Below, one piece after another: positions 57,063 through 64,000 of a stretch of DNA of 64,000 nt. A program made the translations under genes and the position numbers. The notes under the pieces were generated by a model, which was given only the letters and a program-made list of their open reading frames with translations, was not told the origin of the DNA and did not search any database. Positions within the stretch are counted from its first letter, which is position 1. Each line of letters opens with the position of its first letter. Source of the stretch: Candidatus Obscuribacteraceae bacterium (lineage in GTDB: Bacteria > Cyanobacteriota > Vampirovibrionia > Obscuribacterales > Obscuribacteraceae); NCBI GenBank assembly GCA_044226015.1, contig JBGAHS010000002.1, positions 1-64,000 of the forward strand, read 5' to 3'.

Positions 57063-57956
57063 ATGACAGTAAGCAGGCAAAACAAAACTGAACCATTCGT
57101 ATCTAACACTTTGACCAGGGTCGAGTCCGCAGATGGAACAGAAAATTTGATACGCGTTTGGGAAGCCACGGCTCCAGACGCCTTCGTTCTGTACTTACAC
57201 GGCATTGAAGGTCATAGTTTGTGGTTCGATGAGAGTGCGAGTTTTTTAGCTAAGCACGGAATAAGCACCTTCGCGCTTGATCGCCGCGGCTCAGGATGCA
57301 GCAAGGAAGCACGCGGTGATGCAAAAGATCCTCAGCAACTTCTGAATGATGTGCGGGCGGCGCTTAGATTCGCACGAGAAAAGTCCGCAAGAAAGCCACT
57401 CTTCCTGATGGCAAATTGCTGGGGCGCAAAACTTGCCGCAATTTTAGCGGAGAGGCAAAATCCAGAATCGCAGATGCTAGCAGGGCTGGTACTCAGTTCG
57501 CCAGCTATCGAAGTGAAGGTCGACCTTTCTTTCCAGGAAAAGCTGCAGGTAGCCTGGCGACTCTTGCTCGGCAATCGCGATCCGCTTCCACTGCCGCTAA
57601 AGGTTGAAGATTTCACGAACAACCCTGTTTATTTGAAATACATCGCAGAAGACACAAAGCGCCTGACCACAGCAACTGCTCGATTTTTGTTTTGCACTAT
57701 GCTCTTGACGAAAATGAGTCAACGCAGCGCAGAGAAAATAACGCTGCCGACACTTGTGTTGCAATCAGGAATTGACACCATAGTTGATGAGCCTGGCATC
57801 AAGAAATGGTTTGAGCGATTGGCTGCAAGCGATAAAAAATTTGTCTTATATCCTGAGGTGCACCACAGCCTCGACTTTGATGCGAATCCGCATGCCTACA
57901 GAGAAACACTGCTTGATTGGCTGCAAGAGCATTTGAAGGAGCATAAGCAGCCGTGA
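57063..57956 (+). CDS. Alpha/beta hydrolase (lysophospholipase-like) with a Cys at the nucleophile elbow
   Basis: LHGIEGH, DRRGSG, ANCWG, GIDTIV, HHSLDFD. Confidence 0.88.
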   Translation: MTVSRQNKTEPFVSNTLTRVESADGTENLIRVWEATAPDAFVLYLHGIEGHSLWFDESASFLAKHGISTFALDRRGSGCSKEARGDAKDPQQLLNDVRAALRFAREKSARKPLFLMANCWGAKLAAILAERQNPESQMLAGLVLSSPAIEVKVDLSFQEKLQVAWRLLLGNRDPLPLPLKVEDFTNNPVYLKYIAEDTKRLTTATARFLFCTMLLTKMSQRSAEKITLPTLVLQSGIDTIVDEPGIKKWFERLAASDKKFVLYPEVHHSLDFDANPHAYRETLLDWLQEHLKEHKQP

Positions 57957-59164
57957 GAATTCGTTCAATTGAAACCTTCAAGATAACTCTTCCTTTTCGC
58001 TTCGCGTTTGGACACTCGCTTGCCACGCGCGCCGAGTCCCGAAATCTGATCGTGAAAGTAACACTTGCCAATGGAATTTGCGGCTATGGCGAGAGCGTAC
58101 CGAGAGACTATGTCACAGGTGAAACGGTTGAACAGGCAGAAGATAACGTGCTGCTGAACTATGCACCAGCACTGCAGAAAACGTCATTTGATGACCCCAA
58201 AAAGCTTCTGAGCACCCTGAGCGAAACTTTCTTTTCGATGGGGCTTGATGACAAAATGCAAGGGGCATCATGGTGCGCACTCGAGCTAGCATTCTTAGAC
58301 GCTTGCAGCAGATTGCACGAGATGCAGCTTCATCAGCTCATTGGCACCCACAAGCAAGATAAGATTCGCTATGGCGGAACAGTTCCGTTTGGAAAGAAGA
58401 AAGCGCTTCAAGCAATTCTGAACTTCTATAAGATTTATGGCTTTGAAACTGTCAAACTAAAAGTCGGAGCAGCCAAGCTTGAAGATGACGTGGAGAAAGT
58501 GAAGTTGGCTCGCAGCATTCTAGGTGCAAATCGGAAGATTCGCGTAGATGCAAACTGTGCCTGGACACTGGATGAAGCGCTCAGAGCAGCTGAAGCATTC
58601 AGACCATACGGCATTCTTTCCTATGAACAACCCCTGCCAGCAAATAAATGGGACGAACTCAAAAAGCTTAGCGAGCAAATTGAAGAAGATGTTTTACTCG
58701 ATGAGTCTTTATGCACATTGAGGCAAGCAAGCGAACTAGCTAGCAACAGAATTTGCGATGCGTTCAACGTGCGCGTATCGAAGGCAGGAGGCATCTTTGC
58801 TTCGCAGAAAATGATTGATATTGCGTTGAATGCAAATCTGAAAGTTCACCTCGGGGCACAGGTTGGCGAAAGCGGAATTCTCAGCGCAGCTGCAAGACAC
58901 TTAGCTTTGACAAACGAGAAAATGGAAAATTATGAAGGGTCAGCAAACTTTTTTCTGCTGAAGAAAGACATCTGCAAAGAGAATCTAAATGCTGGACTCG
59001 GCGGTTTCGGTGACCTTCGTTTTGCAGCTAAGACTGGCGGTACCGGAATAAACATAATTGACAAAAATCTGAATTCGATGACTGATTCTTGTGATGAGAG
59101 TCAGGCAGATGCGATAACCCCCCGGGTCCAAAATCAAGGATCCTTGAGCCCAAAAGCGAGGTAA
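57953..59164 (+). CDS. Enolase-superfamily enzyme, muconate-lactonizing-enzyme subgroup
   Basis: GYGESVP, KLKVG, RVDAN, YEQP, LDES, NVRVSKAGG; GTGA overlap with the upstream gene. Confidence 0.9.
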   Translation: MRIRSIETFKITLPFRFAFGHSLATRAESRNLIVKVTLANGICGYGESVPRDYVTGETVEQAEDNVLLNYAPALQKTSFDDPKKLLSTLSETFFSMGLDDKMQGASWCALELAFLDACSRLHEMQLHQLIGTHKQDKIRYGGTVPFGKKKALQAILNFYKIYGFETVKLKVGAAKLEDDVEKVKLARSILGANRKIRVDANCAWTLDEALRAAEAFRPYGILSYEQPLPANKWDELKKLSEQIEEDVLLDESLCTLRQASELASNRICDAFNVRVSKAGGIFASQKMIDIALNANLKVHLGAQVGESGILSAAARHLALTNEKMENYEGSANFFLLKKDICKENLNAGLGGFGDLRFAAKTGGTGINIIDKNLNSMTDSCDESQADAITPRVQNQGSLSPKAR

Positions 59165-59166
59165 TT

Positions 59167-60858
59167 GTGGCGTTCAATCCTTACATTTTCATAGGGCAGT
59201 GTTATCGCGAGTTGACCCATATCAAAAAGTTCAAACAAGCGCTTTCTCGTCCGAGACAGGCTCAAGAAGAGAAACTGTTGAGCATTATTCGCCAGAACGA
59301 AAACACAGACTTTGGCAGGAAGCATCGTTTCTCTGAGATACGCAACATTCAGGACTTCCAGAGACTGGTGCCTCCAAACACTTACGAGACCCTTGAGCCA
59401 TACATAGAAAAGTCCATGGCGGGAGAGAGAAATCAGCTTACGACGGAGAAGCCGCTTATGTTTGCCACTACCAGTGGCACCACAGGCAAGCCCAAATACA
59501 TTCCCATAACTCCAACACACCTGAAGGACTACACCCACGCGTTTCACATTCACAACTGGGGAATGATTAAAGACAACCCTGAAGCGGTGCACCACCCAGG
59601 CGGACGTTACCTCATCTTCAATTCAAATGACGAAGAAGGTTTCACTAAAGATGGTACTCCATTTGGTGCCGTCTCTGGCTTGCTTCGCCGCAAACAATCT
59701 CCTCTTGTTCAGCGCTACATCGCACTGCCTTCACTGGTTAGCAGAATCAAAGACGTCGAATCAAAGTACTACACGATTTTAAGACTTTCACTGGTTCAAG
59801 ACATTATCGCTATTACGAGTTGCAACCCGTCAACACTTCTTCTGCTGGCAGATCAGTTGCAAGAACACGCGGCAAGCTTGATAAAAGATATCAATGACGG
59901 AACCCTGGCAAAATTCGTGAAACCGGGCGCAGATGTTGCCCAGGAATTGAGTACTTACTTGAAAGCTGACCCGGCGTGCGCAAAGCGGCTGTCTTCAATT
60001 CTAGAGAAAAAAGGCGAATTACTTCCAAGCGAAGCATGGCCAAACTTAAGAATAATAAGCGTCTGGAAGGGTGGTCCGATGCCTTTCTATCTCAAGAAGC
60101 TTCCAGAAAAATTTGGCAACATTCCATTTAGAGACTTTGGCTATATGGCCAGTGAAGGCAGAGGCACCATTCCACTGAAAGACGACGGAGCAGGTGGCGT
60201 GGCAGCTTTAACTTCTCACTTCTTTGAATTTGTGCCGGAAGAAGACGAAGGAAAAGAAGAAAGACGTTTTCTCACCTTAGACCAGCTCGAATTGGGCAAA
60301 CGCTATTTCATTCATTTCACAACCGCAGCGGGACTTTACAGATACAACATCAATGACTTGATGGAGGTCGTAGGCTTTGAGGAAAAGACTCCAATCCTTC
60401 AATTTGTTCAAAAAGGAATGGGCATTAGTTCCATCACTGGCGAAAAATTGACTGAAGAACAAGTCTCTGTCGCCTTGCAGTATGCAATCAGACAGCACAG
60501 CCTGGACCAGATTGATCATTTCATACTGGCAGTCGAGTTGGCTGACGTTCCGTATTACAAAGGATACGTTGAGAACTCTGGAGAGCTGCCTGAGTCTGTG
60601 CTCAGCGCCATGGCTCGAACAATCGACCTTTCTCTACAATTACAGAATATAGAGTACAAGGACAAACGCGAGTCCATGCGCCTTGCTCCTATTCAGTTAG
60701 TCGAGGTTCCGCGCGGAACTTTCAAACGACTCAGACAGCAGCGAGTTCATGATGGCGCACCAGAAGCTCAAGTAAAGATACCGTTTCTTACAAACAACAG
60801 CAGATTCAGCCAAGATATTGCTAAACTGACGAACGCAGAACTTGCACTACAGGTCTAG
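59167..60858 (+). CDS. GH3-family acyl-adenylate / amido synthetase
   Basis: NENTDFGRKH, FATTSGTTGKPKYIP, GYMASEG, GLYRYNINDL, GEKLTE, QVKIP. Confidence 0.93.
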   Translation: MAFNPYIFIGQCYRELTHIKKFKQALSRPRQAQEEKLLSIIRQNENTDFGRKHRFSEIRNIQDFQRLVPPNTYETLEPYIEKSMAGERNQLTTEKPLMFATTSGTTGKPKYIPITPTHLKDYTHAFHIHNWGMIKDNPEAVHHPGGRYLIFNSNDEEGFTKDGTPFGAVSGLLRRKQSPLVQRYIALPSLVSRIKDVESKYYTILRLSLVQDIIAITSCNPSTLLLLADQLQEHAASLIKDINDGTLAKFVKPGADVAQELSTYLKADPACAKRLSSILEKKGELLPSEAWPNLRIISVWKGGPMPFYLKKLPEKFGNIPFRDFGYMASEGRGTIPLKDDGAGGVAALTSHFFEFVPEEDEGKEERRFLTLDQLELGKRYFIHFTTAAGLYRYNINDLMEVVGFEEKTPILQFVQKGMGISSITGEKLTEEQVSVALQYAIRQHSLDQIDHFILAVELADVPYYKGYVENSGELPESVLSAMARTIDLSLQLQNIEYKDKRESMRLAPIQLVEVPRGTFKRLRQQRVHDGAPEAQVKIPFLTNNSRFSQDIAKLTNAELALQV

Positions 60859-60865
60859 GAAAGAA

Positions 60866-61909
60866 ATGCAAACACAAAAGGTTCTTGTAACCGGCGCAAG
60901 CGGGATGGTTGGCTATCACACGGTGAAAGGGCTGCTCAGCCAGGGGCATGAAGTCACAGCTCTGATTAGACCCTCGAGCAACGATAGTGAGCTAAAAAAT
61001 CTCAAAGGAAACCTGTGGATTAAGAGAGCGGAGCTCAATGATGAAAACGCGTTGCGTCTCGCGCTGAAAGACAGCGACATCGTAATTCATGCCGCAGGCA
61101 TGGTAGACCCACATGCGAAGCGCGAGCAAATCTTCGAAGTAAATGTTGAGTGCACAAAGACCCTTCTTTCTCTGGCTGACGCCGCCAATGTCAAGCATTT
61201 CATTCATATTAGCAGCCTCTCAGTAATCACGGGACAGGGCGATTTGCACGGCGCAAGCGAGGACATGCCGCTGGTATATTGCGGCGAATCTTACGCAGAC
61301 TCCAAAGTTGATGCAGAAAAAGCAGTAACCATGTTTTTCGGTCGTGGCAGTATGATGGTCAGCATTCTGCGACCGGGTTTCATTTATGGCCCCATGGAAA
61401 AAGCATGGATGCCGCGCCTCATCGAAAACTTGCGCACAAGAAAAGCGATGCTTATTGATGGCGGAATTAAGCAAACCAACGTTATTTACGTCGACAATCT
61501 ATTCTCCGCAATAAGCCTGTCAATGCTAAACCCCAAAGCGGATAAGCAAGTTTTCAATCTCACAGATGGTGAGATTGTGACAAAGAAGGAGCTTTTCGAT
61601 GCCATTTGTGATGGCATGGGTTTCAAAAGAATCAACAAAGAAGTTCCGGGTTGGCTCGCTAAGGCTGCCTGTGAGGTGGTTTCATGCATCGCCCCTTATC
61701 TTCCAGAAGATTCGAGAAAAGGACTTTCACGTTTTTCAAGAGCCGCATTCAGGCTGGCTGGCGTCAATCAAGGCTTCGACATCAGCAAAGCAGAACGCGT
61801 TCTCGGCTATACCCAACGAATTCCATTTGGTGAAGGTATGCGCGTGACAGTTGAGTACTTTAAGAAGAACACAGCCGCGAGCAATCGCGATAAAGCAGCT
61901 GTAAAATAA
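60866..61909 (+). CDS. Extended SDR, NAD-dependent epimerase/dehydratase (3-beta-HSD-like)
   Basis: LVTGASGMVG, HAAG, HISS, YADSK, LRPGFIYGP. Confidence 0.92.
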   Translation: MQTQKVLVTGASGMVGYHTVKGLLSQGHEVTALIRPSSNDSELKNLKGNLWIKRAELNDENALRLALKDSDIVIHAAGMVDPHAKREQIFEVNVECTKTLLSLADAANVKHFIHISSLSVITGQGDLHGASEDMPLVYCGESYADSKVDAEKAVTMFFGRGSMMVSILRPGFIYGPMEKAWMPRLIENLRTRKAMLIDGGIKQTNVIYVDNLFSAISLSMLNPKADKQVFNLTDGEIVTKKELFDAICDGMGFKRINKEVPGWLAKAACEVVSCIAPYLPEDSRKGLSRFSRAAFRLAGVNQGFDISKAERVLGYTQRIPFGEGMRVTVEYFKKNTAASNRDKAAVK

Positions 61910-61940
61910 GCAGACCAAGAACTCACGCGGAGTTAAAAAG

Positions 61941-62243
61941 ATGTCGGTTCTTCAACCTGTCGCAGACTTTGTGGTCGATTACATCGGTCGCCACAAGCAT
62001 CCGGTTAACGCGTTCTTACACATCTTCGGCGTGCCCATGGTTTTCTATGGTGTCTACAAGCTCTTTTGTGGGGAAAGTGAGCTTGCAATGGCTTGGACTC
62101 TAATAGTGTTTGGCTATGTGCTTCAATATCTGGGTCACAAGGCACAAGGCAACGAAGTGGGCGAGGTCACCCTCATCAAGAAAATTTGGAAAAAACTGGC
62201 GAAGAAAAATTCCGGCATAGAAGAGAGCGGCGCAAATGAGTGA
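61941..62243 (+). CDS. DUF962/Mpo1-like small membrane protein
   Basis: HKHPVNAFLHIFGVP...LQYLGHKAQGN. Confidence 0.8.
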   Translation: MSVLQPVADFVVDYIGRHKHPVNAFLHIFGVPMVFYGVYKLFCGESELAMAWTLIVFGYVLQYLGHKAQGNEVGEVTLIKKIWKKLAKKNSGIEESGANE

Positions 62244-63159
62244 ACAAAATCAGATCATCGCAGTGGACGGAGCTAGTGGATATGTCGGCAGCCACCTTAT
62301 CCACGCTTTATGCAAAAGTGGTGTCCGTGTTAGAGCAATCGTCCATCCTAAAGCTAACCTTTCGGACTGCCAGTTTCTCTCGGAATGCGGCGCCGAGATT
62401 TACAAAACCGACATTGATGCCAATTCGCCAACTCTGATAGACGCACTGACGGGAGCAAGCACCGTCATACATTTAATTGGAAGCATCGCTCCGAAAAAAG
62501 GGCAGAAACTTGAAGAGCTTCATGCAGGCATAACGCAGCAACTCGTAAAAGCAGCACAAAGCACTAACACTAAGATTTTGATGATTACGGCACTGGGCAC
62601 ATCAGCTGACGCCCTCAGCCAATATCACAAGACAAAATGGCAAGCAGAAGAGCTTGTTCGCAAGAGCGGATTGCCCTACACAATTCTTCGACCATCACTG
62701 ATTTTAGGCAGACAGGTTGGAAGACGTGACAGCAAGTTGATGGCACGATATATCGAGCTGATCAAAACAAGACCTAAAGTACCTCTTCTTGGGGGAGGCA
62801 AAAATCTACTGCAGCCGGTTTTCATCGGTGACTTAAGCCGCGCAATTTCAAAGCTTGCATTGAGTCAGGAAATGACTGGAAAGACTCTAGAAATTGGCGG
62901 TGCCGAAGTTCTTTCAATGCAAGAACTGGTGAGCAAGCTGATGGATGCTATCGGCAAACGCAAGCCACTGCAGCCGGTGCCTCCTGCTTTAGCGAATATC
63001 TTAGCCAGCGTGTTGGAGCTGGTGCAATCAGTTCCGATGGTAAGCAAAGACCAGGTGAAACTATCAACGACTGACAATATTTGCAGTGACAACGCACTGG
63101 AAAATCAACTTGCCTTAACACCAACGCCATTGGCTAAGGCACTGGCTACTTACAGATAG
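62236..63159 (+). CDS. Atypical SDR, NDUFA9-like NAD(P)H-binding protein
   Basis: VDGASGYVG, VIHLIG, YHKTKWQAE, ILRPSLI, LQPVFIGD. Confidence 0.88.
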   Translation: MSEQNQIIAVDGASGYVGSHLIHALCKSGVRVRAIVHPKANLSDCQFLSECGAEIYKTDIDANSPTLIDALTGASTVIHLIGSIAPKKGQKLEELHAGITQQLVKAAQSTNTKILMITALGTSADALSQYHKTKWQAEELVRKSGLPYTILRPSLILGRQVGRRDSKLMARYIELIKTRPKVPLLGGGKNLLQPVFIGDLSRAISKLALSQEMTGKTLEIGGAEVLSMQELVSKLMDAIGKRKPLQPVPPALANILASVLELVQSVPMVSKDQVKLSTTDNICSDNALENQLALTPTPLAKALATYR

Positions 63160-63172
63160 ATTGGAGTCAATT

Positions 63173-64000
63173 GTGCCAGCAGTACTAGTAACAGGGGCAA
63201 GCGGATTTCTGGGAGCACGACTGTGCGAACGACTTCACGAAATGGGTGTAGAAGTCAAAACATTCGGGCGCCAGGCTGCGCAAACCGAGCGATTAAATCG
63301 TCTGGCAATACCGCATGTTCAGGGCGATATCTGCGATCTTGACTCATTCAAAAAAGCACTGGTTGACGTAGGCGCTGTTTTCCACCTTGCAGGACTGGTT
63401 TCTTATCGCCGATGCGACTATGACTTGCTCTATAAAATAAATGTTTTAGGGACACGCAATGTAATGAAAGCCTGCCTTGAAGCAAATGTTCAAAGAGTGA
63501 TCAACATGGGCTCAATTGCTGGTATGGGAATTCCTGAGCCAGGCAAGCTTGGAACCGAAGAAATTGAATATAACTTGAAGGGTCACGGGCTGCACTATTG
63601 CGATACCAAATTCGAAGCAGAGCAAGAAGCATTAAGGGTTGCAAAACAAGGACTGAATGTCCTGTCACTTAACCCTGGTATCACATTTGGTGAAGGAGAC
63701 ACGCACCCTCACCACCATACTATTTTCAGATCAATGCTGAGCGGGTGGTTCATAGGCTATCCCGCCGGTGGAGTTATGTTTTCTGACATTGAAGATGTAG
63801 TTTCTACCTGCATCGCTAGCCTCAGCAGAGGACAGGCCGGGCAGAGATATGTGATCGGAACTGCAAACCTTAGCTTTAAAGAGGCTGGCGATATGTTAGC
63901 GACAGTTCTGAATGGACGCAAACCAATTTTTCAAATACCAGGTTGGCTGGCTGAGTCAGCAGGTGTAGTTTGCGAAACTGTCTTTCCTTTGTTTAAAATG
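63173..64000 (+). CDS. Extended SDR (dihydroflavonol reductase / HpnA-like), truncated by the window edge
   Basis: Not in the ORF track. GTG at 63173 after GGAG; VLVTGASGFLG, VFHLAGLVS, INVLGTRNV, YCDTKFEAE; open to the end of the window. Confidence 0.9.
   Translation, partial: MPAVLVTGASGFLGARLCERLHEMGVEVKTFGRQAAQTERLNRLAIPHVQGDICDLDSFKKALVDVGAVFHLAGLVSYRRCDYDLLYKINVLGTRNVMKACLEANVQRVINMGSIAGMGIPEPGKLGTEEIEYNLKGHGLHYCDTKFEAEQEALRVAKQGLNVLSLNPGITFGEGDTHPHHHTIFRSMLSGWFIGYPAGGVMFSDIEDVVSTCIASLSRGQAGQRYVIGTANLSFKEAGDMLATVLNGRKPIFQIPGWLAESAGVVCETVFPLFKM

Noticed and set aside
1..64000. tRNA, rRNA, IS or prophage elements
   Set aside because: No cloverleaf, rRNA-like tract, transposase, integrase or phage structural gene was recognised by eye; tRNAscan-SE, Infernal and ISEScan would be needed to exclude them formally.

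Overview
A gene-dense bacterial chromosomal window. The long cyanobacterial-type IspH, the abundance of TPR/Sel1 proteins and the many lineage-specific hypotheticals suggest a non-photosynthetic cyanobacterial relative (Vampirovibrionia/Melainabacteria, Obscuribacterales-like); this is inference only. Housekeeping genes are guaD, phhB, ispH, a FolM-like SDR, hemE, hemY and ppx. Accessory material: (i) broken RHS/YD-repeat fragments at the left edge, including a 462-bp duplicated core segment; (ii) several large signal-peptide-less, effector-like proteins (kinase-like tip, HAD phosphatase tip, LysM protein, and a tandem pair of multi-domain peptidoglycan hydrolases with different NlpC/P60 tips behind a C11 tract); (iii) two proteins with very long ER/K single-alpha-helix repeats; (iv) an opine dehydrogenase + EamA exporter operon. 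The best candidate for an undescribed system is a divergently transcribed biosynthetic-type cluster from about 53.6 kb past the right edge. Its leftward arm encodes an atypical UndA-like diiron enzyme, a LolA-like protein, an ICMT-type methyltransferase and a secreted SRPBCC protein. Its rightward arm encodes a Cys-nucleophile alpha/beta hydrolase, an enolase-superfamily enzyme, a GH3 amido-synthetase, a DUF962/Mpo1 protein and three extended SDRs. I saw no rRNA, tRNA, CRISPR array or transposase by eye. All family calls come from manual motif recognition, not database searches.
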